DNA from: Candidatus Aminicenantes bacterium
Lineage (GTDB): Bacteria > Acidobacteriota > Aminicenantia > Aminicenantales > JAFGBC01
DNA length: 64,000 nucleotides
Assembly (NCBI GenBank): GCA_963702005.1
Contig: OY969696.1
Coordinates: 3,775,692-3,839,691 of the forward strand
Direction of reading: 5' to 3'
The position numbers and the translations under genes are program-made. The notes under the pieces are model-generated. The model saw nothing but the letters and a program-made list of their open reading frames with translations. It had not been told where the DNA came from and did no database searches. Shown in pieces: positions 27,437-36,902 of the stretch. Position 1 is the first letter of the stretch. The number at the start of each line of letters is the position of its first letter.

Positions 27437-28411
27437 ATGGAATCTCCGAAATTCCTCTATCTCTCCCGGGCCGACGTCGAGCGGGTCGCCCTGCCCATGC
27501 CGCGAATCATCGAGCTCCTCGAGGCCGCCTTCAAAGAAAAGGGCGCGGGCCGCGTCGAAATGCCGCCCAAACCGGGAATCCACCCCAAGCCCGACGCCTT
27601 CATCCACGCCATGCCGGCCTTCATCGAAGGCCTGGGCGCAGCCGGCATCAAATGGGTCAGCGGCTTCCCGGAAAACCAGAAACGGGGCCTCCCCTACATC
27701 TCGGGGCTCATCGTTCTTAACGACGTCGAGACGGGCTTCCCGACCGCCGTCATAGACTGCACCTGGGTCACCGCCCATCGGACGGGAGCCGCCTCGGCCC
27801 TCTCCGCCAAATACCTGGCCCGCCCCGAGAGCGAGACGCTCGGCGTCCTGGCCTGCGGCGTCCAAGGCCGGACGCATCTCCTGGCCATGGCCGCCCTCTT
27901 CCCCATCAAGCGCGTCTACGCCTACGACATCGTCCCGGAAGTCCAGAAACGGTTTATCGCCGAGATGACGGCACGGACCGGGCTAGAGATCGTCGGCGTC
28001 AACGATCCCCGCCAAGCGGTCGAGGCATGCGACATCGTCGTCACTTCGGGCCCCATCCTTAAACACCCCAAGCCGACGATCGAGAAAGGCTGGCTCCGGG
28101 CCGGGGCGTTCGCGAGCGCCGTCGACTACGACAGCTACTGGACGCCCGGGGCCCTGGCCGAGATGGACAAGCTCGCTACGGACGATACGGCCCAGTTCCG
28201 CTACGTCCGGAGCACGGGCTATTTTCAGAGGACGCCCGAGCCCTACGCCGACCTGGGCGAGATCGCGGCCGGCCTCAAGCCCGGAAGGGAAAGCGCCGGC
28301 GAGCGGACCATGGCCATGAACCTAGGCCTAGCTCTTGACGACTTGGCCGTGGCGCCCGAGATCCTACGCCAAGCCGAGGCGCTCGGGATCGGGACCCGGC
28401 TCCCGCTCTGA
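27437..28411 (+). CDS. Ornithine cyclodeaminase / mu-crystallin family protein
   Basis: 324 aa. Length and N-terminal region consistent with OCD/mu-crystallin. Confidence 0.75.
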   Translation: MESPKFLYLSRADVERVALPMPRIIELLEAAFKEKGAGRVEMPPKPGIHPKPDAFIHAMPAFIEGLGAAGIKWVSGFPENQKRGLPYISGLIVLNDVETGFPTAVIDCTWVTAHRTGAASALSAKYLARPESETLGVLACGVQGRTHLLAMAALFPIKRVYAYDIVPEVQKRFIAEMTARTGLEIVGVNDPRQAVEACDIVVTSGPILKHPKPTIEKGWLRAGAFASAVDYDSYWTPGALAEMDKLATDDTAQFRYVRSTGYFQRTPEPYADLGEIAAGLKPGRESAGERTMAMNLGLALDDLAVAPEILRQAEALGIGTRLPL

Positions 28412-28433
28412 CGCCGGGCGCAGGAACCCGCCG

Positions 28434-29810
28434 TTATTTGAGCAGCAATCCCCAAAGCGACCGCTCGGCCTTCGAATTCTTGCCGATCGAATACCCGACA
28501 AACACGTCCTCAGTCTTAGTCTGGGATTCCAGGGCGTCTAAATTCAGGTGGCTCGAGGGGTCCATCAACTGACCGAGAAGAGGGATCGGCTTCGAGCTCG
28601 GCTGGCCGTTTTCATCCTCGATCTCGCCCTTGGCGTTGATGTAAAATCCCACCAGCTTCCCGCCCCAAAAAAAGGTGGAAGATTTTGGCAGGCTCTTATA
28701 TTCGAGACAGGCGAGGAAAAACCTGTTTCCGGAGACGAGATAATCGGAGAGATCCCGGTACTGGTAGAACAGCGTTTTAGGGGCGATCTTGAGCGAGGAC
28801 TTGAAACGGCCGTCCTCTCCCATGATCCGAAAATAGGTGTCGGCCTTCTGCGCCGAGGAGAGCGCCAGGCAGTCGATGACCGTCCAATGGAGCAGGAACA
28901 GGCCCTCCTTACGGTTGTAAGCGGCGAAGAGACTGTGCTCGTCCTCGGCCTTGCCGCCCGGATAGATGTATCCGCCGCTGGACGGGGCATAGCTCTTGAG
29001 GACGTTCCCCAGGAAATCCGTGAACCAGGCCACCGGGCGCGAGCCGACCCTGTAGTCGGGACAATCCTCCGCGCTCCCCCACAGAATCCGGTTGTCGAGA
29101 GCCACCAGGGCGCGGACGCCGTAGCTCTTTCTCAACATAGCCTGTTTCCGGACCTGTTTGGTCTTGAGGATCGTCTTCAGGGAACCGTCGAGCACGGTCA
29201 GGTAGTGCCCTGTCTTCGGATTGTCTGGATCCGCATATTCACGATGGGTCCAAACCGCCATATACCGGTTTGAAGCCGGGATCCATCCGACCTTGATGTT
29301 CAGGGCCGAATAGGGCTTTGTGGCCGGTTTGATTTCGACAAGATCCTCTTCACCCCGGGCCCGGCCCGGATGGAGGCTTATCCCCCGCCCGTCCAGGAGC
29401 ATCCCCTTGACGGAATCGTAGTTGGTATCGGAGCCGGCCAGGAAAAATCGGTCGTCCTTTTCGTTGTAAGCGCTATCCATCCTCGAAACCGTGCGGGCTT
29501 TAAGCTCCATGATGAGCTGAGGCCCGCTGGCGGGTTTCCCCTGGCCGGTGAAGAGCCGGCTGTAGAATCTCTGTTTCTGGGTTCCATCTTCGTAGAAGAA
29601 AACGACGAACAGCTTTGACTTCGGGTTCAGGAAGGCTCCGACCTGCGTGAAATTCCCGGTCCGGGCCGGGGAGATCTGGAACGGGGTTGGGACGCTCCTC
29701 GAGAAATAGCGGCCACCAGGATTTCCGGAAACAAGGACCGTCGTTGAACACAGGACAACGGCCAGAGACAGGATCCCTCCGCGACGTATCCCCCTGGGAT
29801 GATATAGCAT
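28434..29810 (-). CDS. Hypothetical secreted protein (start moved to the internal ATG with a strong SD)
   Basis: The ATG at 29810 (MLYHPRGIRRGGILSLAVVLCSTTVLVSG…) is preceded by AAGGAGAG. It has a signal peptide. I recognised no domain. Confidence 0.45.
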   Translation of the reverse strand: MLYHPRGIRRGGILSLAVVLCSTTVLVSGNPGGRYFSRSVPTPFQISPARTGNFTQVGAFLNPKSKLFVVFFYEDGTQKQRFYSRLFTGQGKPASGPQLIMELKARTVSRMDSAYNEKDDRFFLAGSDTNYDSVKGMLLDGRGISLHPGRARGEEDLVEIKPATKPYSALNIKVGWIPASNRYMAVWTHREYADPDNPKTGHYLTVLDGSLKTILKTKQVRKQAMLRKSYGVRALVALDNRILWGSAEDCPDYRVGSRPVAWFTDFLGNVLKSYAPSSGGYIYPGGKAEDEHSLFAAYNRKEGLFLLHWTVIDCLALSSAQKADTYFRIMGEDGRFKSSLKIAPKTLFYQYRDLSDYLVSGNRFFLACLEYKSLPKSSTFFWGGKLVGFYINAKGEIEDENGQPSSKPIPLLGQLMDPSSHLNLDALESQTKTEDVFVGYSIGKNSKAERSLWGLLLK

Positions 29811-29943
29811 GCGATTCTCTCCTTTTCCCCGTCCGTGCCGAAGCATCGAAGTGAGTTCAGTATAAGTGGGGTTCGGACGGAATGCAAGGCGGGGGAGGTC
29901 CGGCATGAATGCCGTTGAGCTGCATAAAGGGAATGGATAGAAT

Positions 29944-30666
29944 ATGTCCAAGGAGTCGCCAGCCATGCCGGACGAACGAGCCATCGCGCCCTTCAAGGGC
30001 TTCAGCAAAGAATCCGTCCGCTTCTTCAACGGATTGCGCCGGACGAACACCCGCGCCTGGTTCGAGAAGAACCGCGCGGTCTACGAGAACCACGTTCTTG
30101 CTCCCGCCAAGTCGTTCGTGGTGGACATGGGGGCGAGGCTGCGGACATTGGCGCCCCGGATCATGGCCGTCCCCCAGGTCAACAAGTCCATCTTCCGCCT
30201 CAACCGCGACACTCGCTTCAGCCTGGACCCCAGGCCCTACAAAACCAACCTGGGGATCTACTTCTGGGACGGGAGCCGGCCGCGCATGGAGGCGACGGGA
30301 TTCTATTTCCATCTCGAGCCTCCCACCCTCATCCTGGGAACGGGATTCTACATGTTTCCCGACATCATAATCGACCGCTATCGGAGGGCCGTTATCGACT
30401 CGAAGCGCGGGGCGGAGCTCGCCCGGCGGCTGGCCCGGATCCTGGCGAACAAAGCATTCACGCTGGGCGGACAACATTACAAACGCGCCCCGGCCGGCTT
30501 CGACCCCGGCCACCCCAACGCCGAGCTCCTCAAGCACAACGGCCTCCACGTCGGATTCGAAACACGCCTGCCTGAAGAGCTCTATTCGGCCCGGCTCATC
30601 GACTACTGTTACGAGAGGTTCCGGGCCATGGCCCCGCTCCACGACTGGCTGGCCGAACTCCTCTAG
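29944..30666 (+). CDS. TIGR02453 / DUF2461 family conserved hypothetical protein
   Basis: 240 aa. FFNGLRRTNTRAWFEKNRAVYE… and …NRDTRFS motifs typical of DUF2461. Confidence 0.7.
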   Translation: MSKESPAMPDERAIAPFKGFSKESVRFFNGLRRTNTRAWFEKNRAVYENHVLAPAKSFVVDMGARLRTLAPRIMAVPQVNKSIFRLNRDTRFSLDPRPYKTNLGIYFWDGSRPRMEATGFYFHLEPPTLILGTGFYMFPDIIIDRYRRAVIDSKRGAELARRLARILANKAFTLGGQHYKRAPAGFDPGHPNAELLKHNGLHVGFETRLPEELYSARLIDYCYERFRAMAPLHDWLAELL

Positions 30667-30764
30667 CGACCTCCGCCCCCGCTGAGCGGACTATTTTCAG
30701 CGTTTCCGGGCGATCGACGCCACGGCGTTTTATTCGAGGTTGTACGGGTCGCCCCCCCCGACAG

Positions 30765-31775
30765 CTAAAACAGGCCTGGAATATCTTTGCGGCAAGAAGG
30801 ACAACGCCCATTCTTGATCGCGTTCTCGTCCGTCCCGAACCCGCGGCGGCGAATTAAGATTTTTCCGCAGCCGGGGCAGATTGTGTCTTCGCCTTCGCCG
30901 GGGACGTTGCCGACATAGACATAGCGCAGCCCTTCTTGTTTTCCGACGGCGGCGGCCTTTCGCAAGGTCTCGACCGGCGTGGGACGGGCATCCGTATACT
31001 TGAAATCGGGATGGAAGCGGCTGATGTGCCAGGGGATGTCGGGATCGACGCCCGCTAAAAAGCGGGCGATGTCTCGGAGCTCGCCCTCTCCGTCGTTAAG
31101 CCCGGGAACAACGAGAGTCGTCACCTCGACCCAGATCTTAAGCTTCCTCATCAACTTGATGGAGTCGAGGACCGGGTCGAGCCGGGCGCCGCAGACCTTT
31201 TTATAGGTCTCATCCTTGAAGGCCTTAAGATCCACGTTGGCCGCGTCGAGATTGGGATGGAACGCCTTGAGAGCTTCGGGCGTCATGTAGCCGTTCGTGA
31301 CGAAATTGTTGTAGAGGCCGGCGGCTTTGGCGAGCTTGGCCGTGTCGAGCGCATATTCGAAAAAGATGGTCGGCTCGGTGTAAGTATAAGAAATACTCCG
31401 GCAGCCGTTTTTTTTCGCCGCTTGGACGATGTCTTCAGGACTGAACTTATCCCCTCTCGTGTCACGGCCGGGTTCTTTCGATGCCTGGGAGATCTGCCAG
31501 TTCTGACAAAACCCGCACCGGAAGTTGCAGCCGACCGTCGCTATCGAAAGGGACGTCGATCCGGGCAGGAAATGATAGAACGGCTTCTTCTCGATGGGAT
31601 CGACATGGGCGGCGATGACCTCGCCGTAGACATGAGTCACGAGCGTGCCGCCCCGGTTCTCGCGGACGCCGCAAATCCCGAATTTACCGGGAGCGATAGT
31701 ACAGCGATGGGCACAGAGAAAGCAGGAGACCTTTTCGGCCTCCAGCGGGGTCCAAAAAAGAGCATCTTTAAGCAT
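30765..31775 (-). CDS. amrS: AmmeMemoRadiSam system radical SAM enzyme (AmrS-like), with no adjacent AMMECR1/Memo partner genes
   Basis: A CxxxCxxC motif (CNFRCGFC) is present. The start was chosen at ATG 31775 (MLKDALFW…), which avoids overlap with nth. Confidence 0.75.
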   Translation of the reverse strand: MLKDALFWTPLEAEKVSCFLCAHRCTIAPGKFGICGVRENRGGTLVTHVYGEVIAAHVDPIEKKPFYHFLPGSTSLSIATVGCNFRCGFCQNWQISQASKEPGRDTRGDKFSPEDIVQAAKKNGCRSISYTYTEPTIFFEYALDTAKLAKAAGLYNNFVTNGYMTPEALKAFHPNLDAANVDLKAFKDETYKKVCGARLDPVLDSIKLMRKLKIWVEVTTLVVPGLNDGEGELRDIARFLAGVDPDIPWHISRFHPDFKYTDARPTPVETLRKAAAVGKQEGLRYVYVGNVPGEGEDTICPGCGKILIRRRGFGTDENAIKNGRCPSCRKDIPGLF

Positions 31776-31783
31776 CGGCCTTA

Positions 31784-32440
31784 TTAACGTCGCGGTACGC
31801 CGATTTTCGGACACAGAGAGGCAATGGCGCAATCCGCGCAGCGGGGTTTGCGGGCCTGGCAGACGGCGCGGCCGTGGTTGACGAGCAGGTAGTTGAAATC
31901 GAGCCAGGCGTCTTTGGGAACGATCTTGAGGAGGTCCTGCTCGATTTTTTCGGGGATGGTTTGCCTGCTCAACCCCATGCGGCCGGAAAGCCGCTTGACG
32001 TGGACGTCCACGGCGATGCCTTCAGCCTTCTTATAAGCCGAGCTTAGGACAATGTTGGCCGTCTTGCGGGCGACGCCGGGAAGCGTGATAAGCTTTTCCA
32101 TGGTATCTGGGACTTCCCCCCCGAAATCCTCGACGATCTTGCAAGCAGCGCCTATGATGCTCTTGGCCTTGTTCCGGAAGAAGCCGGTGGACCGGATGTC
32201 CATCTCGAGCTCGGCCTTGTCGGCCTTCGCGAAGGCGGCCGCGTTCGGATACTTTCTGAACAGCGCGGGCGTGATTTTATTCACGCGCTCATCGGTGCAT
32301 TGAGCGGACAGGATGGTCGACACAAGAATCTGGAGCGGCGTTTCGAATTCGAGGGCGGTGCGGCTTTGGGGGTAGGCTTTGCGGAGGAGCAGGATGATGT
32401 CGCCGAGGCGATCAGCCGGTTTCTTCAAAAGCGCCTCCAT
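31784..32440 (-). CDS. nth: Endonuclease III (DNA glycosylase / AP lyase with 4Fe-4S cluster)
   Basis: HhH-GPD domain (LPGVARKTANIV) and C-terminal CxxxxxxCxxC…C cluster ligands (CQARKPRCADCAIASLC). The start at MEALLKK overlaps the nrdJ stop by 1 nt. Confidence 0.85.
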   Translation of the reverse strand: MEALLKKPADRLGDIILLLRKAYPQSRTALEFETPLQILVSTILSAQCTDERVNKITPALFRKYPNAAAFAKADKAELEMDIRSTGFFRNKAKSIIGAACKIVEDFGGEVPDTMEKLITLPGVARKTANIVLSSAYKKAEGIAVDVHVKRLSGRMGLSRQTIPEKIEQDLLKIVPKDAWLDFNYLLVNHGRAVCQARKPRCADCAIASLCPKIGVPRR

Positions 32441-34584
32441 CAAAACAAGCACATGCCGCTGACGCAGCCCCCCGAGTATTCGGGCCCGGCCGTCACGAAA
32501 TCCAACCCGTTCCAAGCCGGCCCGGTCCAGCCCTGGAGCTCGGGCCGCGCCTCGAAGCTTAAAACCTGCTCCTTCTTCGTCCCGTAGCGATAGACCGTGA
32601 TCCCCTTGAGCCCGAGCTCGTGGGCCATGGCGTAGATCTCGCGGATGTCGTCCGCGCTCGCCTCATAAGGCAGGTTGATCGTCTTGGACACGGAGTTGTC
32701 GGTGTGCCGCTGGAAGGCGGCTTGGATCCGGATGTGCTGCGCGGGCGGGACGTCGAGGGCGGTCACGAAAACGCGGCGCAACTCCGCGGGTATGTCTTCG
32801 AGTCCCTGGATGGAACCGGCCTTCCCCACCCGCGCCATGAGGTCTTTGTTGGCGAGCCCCCGTTTCATCATCTCCTGCTCGAACGACGGGTGGACCTCGA
32901 ATAGCTTGGTCCCGGAGAGGACGTTGCGGACGAAGCTCAGGGCGAACAAAGGCTCGATTCCGCTCGAGCAGCCGGCGATGATCGAGATCGTTCCGGTCGG
33001 GGCGACGGTGTTGAGGGTTGCGTTCCGAAGTTTCATCCGCCGCATCGCATAAACCGACTTCTCAAAGTACGGGAAAACACCGCGCTCCTCGGCCAGCCCG
33101 GTCGACGCTTTAAGGGATTCCTCCCGCACGAACTTCATCACCTCGGAGGCGACCTTGACCGCCTCCTCGCTCGTGTAGGGCACGCCCAGCTTGATCAGAA
33201 GATCCGCGAAGCCCATGATGCCCAGGCCGATCTTCCGGTTGCCGGTCGTCATGGCTTGGATTTCGGGCAGCGGATAGCGATTGACCTCGATGACGTCGTC
33301 CAGGAAGCGGACGCCCCAGCGAACCGCCCCTGCCAGCCTCTCCCAATCCAGGGCGCCGTCCTTGACAAAGAGCGCCAGGTTGATCGATCCGAGGTTGCAG
33401 CTTTCGTAGGGCAGGAGCGGGATCTCGCCGCAGGGATTGGTCGCTTCGATCCGGCCCAGGCCCGGCGTCGGATTGTGGCGGTTGATCTCGTCCACGAAGA
33501 CGAGGCCCGGGTCGCCCGACTTCCAGGCCGAGAACACGATGAGGTCGTAAAGGTTTCTGGCCCGGATCGACTTGGCCGCTTTCCCGGTCCTGGGGTTGAT
33601 AAGCTCGAACGGCGTGTCCTTCTTGACCGCCTCCATGAAGGCGTCCGTGATCGCGACGCTTAGATTGAAATTCGTGAAGGCCGTCTCGTCGAGCTTGGCC
33701 TCGATGAACTCGGCGATGTCGGGGTGGTCGCACCTTAGGATGCCCATGTTGGCGCCCCGGCGCCGCCCGCCCTGGACGATGACGCCCGTCGCCTGGTTGA
33801 AGATGCCCATGAACGAGACGGGGCCCGAGGCCAGGCCCTTGGTCGTCTTGACCAGATCCCCCTTGGGACGCAGCCGCGAGAAGTCGAATCCCGTCCCCCC
33901 GCCCGTCTGGTGGATCTTGGCCATGTTGCGGAGGGCGCCGAAGATCCCGTCCATCGAGTCCTCGACCGGAAGGACGAAGCAGGCCGAGAGTTGCCCGAGG
34001 GTCGTCCCGGCGTTCATCAGGGTCGGCGAGTTGGGCATGAACTCGAGGGAGGTCATCATCCGGAAGAAGGCCTCTTCGGCCTCGGCCCGGCTCGCCTTCC
34101 CCTTGGGCTTGAAGGCGTCCTCAGCGGCGCTGACCGCGTTGGCGGCCCGGGCGAACAGCTCCCGGGGCGTCTCGATGATCGTCTGCTTGTCGTCCTTGAG
34201 GAGGTAGCGCGACCGCAGAACGAGGAGCGTGTTGAGTGGGAGCTTGAGATCGTCCTTGACGCCTAAAAAAACCTTGGTCAGCCGGGCCTTCTTATGCTCC
34301 TCGCGATAGACGATATAGGCGCGGGCGATGGCCGCCTCGCCGATCTCCATCAGGACCCGTTCGACGATATCCTGAACGTCCTCGACCGTGACCGGACGCT
34401 GCTTGTGGAGGACGGCGGCCTTTTCCAGGATGCCGGGCAGGGCGCGGTCGGCCGCGGCCGCGGACTTGGTCTCATCCTGGAGGACCTCGAGGGCGGCCCG
34501 GAAAACCGCCCGGTGGATCTTACCGGGATCGAACGGGACGTCGGTCCCGTCGCGCTTTCTGATCTTGTCGATTGTCGTAGCCAC
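32440..34584 (-). CDS. nrdJ: Adenosylcobalamin-dependent (class II) ribonucleoside-diphosphate reductase with N-terminal ATP-cone
   Basis: 714 aa. ATP-cone (IRKRDGTDVPFDPGKI), catalytic region NPCGEIPL, C-terminal redox cysteines. GTG start. Confidence 0.9.
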   Translation of the reverse strand: MATTIDKIRKRDGTDVPFDPGKIHRAVFRAALEVLQDETKSAAAADRALPGILEKAAVLHKQRPVTVEDVQDIVERVLMEIGEAAIARAYIVYREEHKKARLTKVFLGVKDDLKLPLNTLLVLRSRYLLKDDKQTIIETPRELFARAANAVSAAEDAFKPKGKASRAEAEEAFFRMMTSLEFMPNSPTLMNAGTTLGQLSACFVLPVEDSMDGIFGALRNMAKIHQTGGGTGFDFSRLRPKGDLVKTTKGLASGPVSFMGIFNQATGVIVQGGRRRGANMGILRCDHPDIAEFIEAKLDETAFTNFNLSVAITDAFMEAVKKDTPFELINPRTGKAAKSIRARNLYDLIVFSAWKSGDPGLVFVDEINRHNPTPGLGRIEATNPCGEIPLLPYESCNLGSINLALFVKDGALDWERLAGAVRWGVRFLDDVIEVNRYPLPEIQAMTTGNRKIGLGIMGFADLLIKLGVPYTSEEAVKVASEVMKFVREESLKASTGLAEERGVFPYFEKSVYAMRRMKLRNATLNTVAPTGTISIIAGCSSGIEPLFALSFVRNVLSGTKLFEVHPSFEQEMMKRGLANKDLMARVGKAGSIQGLEDIPAELRRVFVTALDVPPAQHIRIQAAFQRHTDNSVSKTINLPYEASADDIREIYAMAHELGLKGITVYRYGTKKEQVLSFEARPELQGWTGPAWNGLDFVTAGPEYSGGCVSGMCLF

Positions 34585-34619
34585 GTAAATATTCTCTTTA
34601 CATTATATGCATAGTCTCG

Positions 34620-34676
34620 GAATTCTGGGGACACACGACTTAATTCTAAGAATTAAGTCGTGTGTCCCCAGAATTC
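34620..34676. repeat. Family-2 perfect palindrome (27-nt arms gaattctggggacacacgacttaattc, 3-nt loop) between the S2P stop and the nrdJ promoter region
   Basis: Seen directly. A TATAAT box lies ~15 nt downstream (minus strand), ~20 nt before the nrdJ GTG. Confidence 0.85.
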
Positions 34677-35791
34677 TACACGCCGAGTTCCGATCTAAGC
34701 TGCAAGGCCTTGAGGACATCGTTCCGGCAGATGATGCCCGCGATCCTCTCCCCGTCCATGACCGGGATCTGGTGGATGTCCTTGGCCGTCAGGCTGTTGA
34801 GGATGGAATTCCCGTCGGCGCCCAGGGGCACCGACTCGAGCTTCTCGCGCGGGGTCATGATGTCACCGACCGCCGTCGAGCGCCACTTGACCCGCGGCGT
34901 CTCTTTAACGTCCTCAAGACAAACGATCCCCTTGAGCTCATTCTTATCCGTGACCAGGAAGACGCGCTCCCTCTTCTTTAGGATGTAGTCGTCGACGAGC
35001 TTTTGGACCCTGAGGCCGGCGTCGACCGTTTCGAACTCGGTCGTCATGAGGTCCTCCGCATGGAGACCCTCGAGCATGGTCTTGACCACGACCTGCTCGT
35101 AGCCCCGGACGGCCGCGTTATGGAGGAACCAGCCGATCAGGATGGGCCAGACCCCGCCGAAGTTGCCGCGCAGGACCTGGAAGATCCCGACGAAGACGAG
35201 CAGGAAAGCGAAGGCCTGGCCGGTGATCGACGCGACGCGGGTTGCCTTGCGGAGGTTCCCGGTCAGCTTCCAGATGATGGAACGGAGGACGCGGCCGCCG
35301 TCCATCGGGAAGCCGGGAAGGAGGTTAAAGACGGCGAGGGTGACGTTGATGACGGCCAGGTAGGAGGCGGCGGCCAAAAGCGGCGCGCTCACGCCCCGGA
35401 GCAGGATCGAAATGATGAAGAAGAGCGCGGCCAGGACGAGGCTGGACAGCGGCCCGACCACGGCCATGCTGAATTCCTTGAAGGGTTCCTTGGGTTCCTC
35501 GCTGATCTGGGCGACCCCGCCTAAAATAAACAGGGTGATGCTCCGGACCTTCTCGCCGTTCCGGATGGCGACGACCGAGTGGGCGAGCTCGTGGGCGAGG
35601 ACCGAGGCGAACAGCAACAGGCTGGTCATGATCCCCAGGATCCAGTAAAGGTTCCGCGACTCGCCGGGCAGGCTCCGCGGGTAGTAGCTCCCGGCCAGGA
35701 CGAAGCTGAATAAAAAGAAGATGACGATCCAGCTCGAATCGACCTTGATGTCGATCCCGAAGATGCGGCCGATCCGCCATGCGTATTTCAT
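34676..35791 (-). CDS. Site-2 protease (M50 family) with tandem CBS domains
   Basis: 371 aa. HELAH zinc motif, multiple TM helices, C-terminal CBS pair. Confidence 0.8.
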   Translation of the reverse strand: MKYAWRIGRIFGIDIKVDSSWIVIFFLFSFVLAGSYYPRSLPGESRNLYWILGIMTSLLLFASVLAHELAHSVVAIRNGEKVRSITLFILGGVAQISEEPKEPFKEFSMAVVGPLSSLVLAALFFIISILLRGVSAPLLAAASYLAVINVTLAVFNLLPGFPMDGGRVLRSIIWKLTGNLRKATRVASITGQAFAFLLVFVGIFQVLRGNFGGVWPILIGWFLHNAAVRGYEQVVVKTMLEGLHAEDLMTTEFETVDAGLRVQKLVDDYILKKRERVFLVTDKNELKGIVCLEDVKETPRVKWRSTAVGDIMTPREKLESVPLGADGNSILNSLTAKDIHQIPVMDGERIAGIICRNDVLKALQLRSELGV

Positions 35792-35811
35792 GGGTCCCTC
35801 GTTCTCAGGCC

Positions 35812-36321
35812 TCAGGGCCCGACATGGAAGAGGTCCTGGGCTTCATGGAACTTCTCGACGTTGTAGTAATCCGGGTACTTCTCGAGAAGGTCGATTTCGC
35901 TCCGGATCATGAAGAAGTGGCTGCGCTCGACCCGGCTCAAATACTCCAGGATCCGGCGGCCGTCGGGGTCCTGGGCAGACTTGGCCGCGGCGCCGTAATA
36001 CTCCTCCGACTTTTTCTCGGCGTTAAGCGCGATCCTGAACAGGTCCAGGGCGGGCGAGGCGTCGGAGAAGGCCGCCTCCTCGGGCTTGAGGAACGAGCGG
36101 TCCGGGATATGGATCTCGCGCTTCCCGAACAGCTGCCCGAACAGCCTCTCCAAGATTTTCCGGTGTTTCTCTTCCTCATAGGCCAGGAATTTAAGCTTCT
36201 GGAGGAGGAGCTCGTTGCGAACCTTGCCCTGGAGCTTCGTGTAGAAATCCGCGGCGTCGATCTCCGCCTTGATCGCCGACTCTAAGACCTGGTCGGGTTT
36301 CATCGTGGGTGTGACTGCCAT
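35812..36321 (-). CDS. Ferritin-like domain protein (rubrerythrin family, no rubredoxin domain)
   Basis: 169 aa. E…ExxH diiron-type four-helix bundle motifs. Confidence 0.55.
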   Translation of the reverse strand: MAVTPTMKPDQVLESAIKAEIDAADFYTKLQGKVRNELLLQKLKFLAYEEEKHRKILERLFGQLFGKREIHIPDRSFLKPEEAAFSDASPALDLFRIALNAEKKSEEYYGAAAKSAQDPDGRRILEYLSRVERSHFFMIRSEIDLLEKYPDYYNVEKFHEAQDLFHVGP

Positions 36322-36367
36322 TTTATTCCTCCCCCCAAATCTCCGCCGCTCGAGGCGGGCTTGGAAA

Positions 36368-36871
36368 TCAGAACTTGACGAATTTCTGTTTGGGGGCGCC
36401 GCAGATCGGACACTTATCCGGGGCGTCGCCCTCGACCGTGAACCCGCACATCGAGCAAACCTGGACGGCTCGCAGCTCGGCGTCCTTGCCCTTGTCGACG
36501 GCCTCCTTGACGCGGGCGTAGAGGCCGGAGTGGACCTTCTCGGCCTCGCTCGCCGCGTAGAACCTCATCTTGGCCTCCTTCTCGCCCTGGCGGTCGGCGA
36601 CGGCCATGTAGGCGTCGTACATTTCGGCCACCTCGAAGTTCTCTCCGGCCATGGCGCCGGTGAGGTTCTCGGAGGTCTTGCCGATGCCGGACAGCGTCTT
36701 CAGGTGATTCGTGGCATGGATCTGTTCCGAGAAAGAGGCGGCCTTGAACAGGCGGGCGACGTTGGGGAAGTTATCGGCGGCGGCCTTATCCGCGAACGAC
36801 ATGTACTTCATATGGGCCTGGCTCTCGCCGGCGAAAGCATTCTTAAGGTTTTCCTCGGTCATCTTTTTCAT
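36368..36871 (-). CDS. rbr: Rubrerythrin
   Basis: 167 aa. Diiron ferritin-like domain plus C-terminal rubredoxin-like CxxC…CxxC (CSMCG…CPICG). Confidence 0.85.
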   Translation of the reverse strand: MKKMTEENLKNAFAGESQAHMKYMSFADKAAADNFPNVARLFKAASFSEQIHATNHLKTLSGIGKTSENLTGAMAGENFEVAEMYDAYMAVADRQGEKEAKMRFYAASEAEKVHSGLYARVKEAVDKGKDAELRAVQVCSMCGFTVEGDAPDKCPICGAPKQKFVKF

Positions 36872-36902
36872 GAGGCTCTCTTCTCCTTTTAGGATTCGGA
36901 CT

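Noticed and set aside
31776-31832. Longer N-terminus for the AmrS-like gene (track start 31832)
   Set aside because: That start codon is TTG and would overlap nth by ~50 nt. The ATG at 31775 gives a non-overlapping gene beginning at a conserved-looking MLKDALFW.
34600-34680. The palindrome upstream of nrdJ as an NrdR box
   Set aside because: NrdR boxes are ~16-bp AT-rich palindromes. This is a 57-bp GC-containing element repeated upstream of unrelated genes, so it is better treated as a repeat family.
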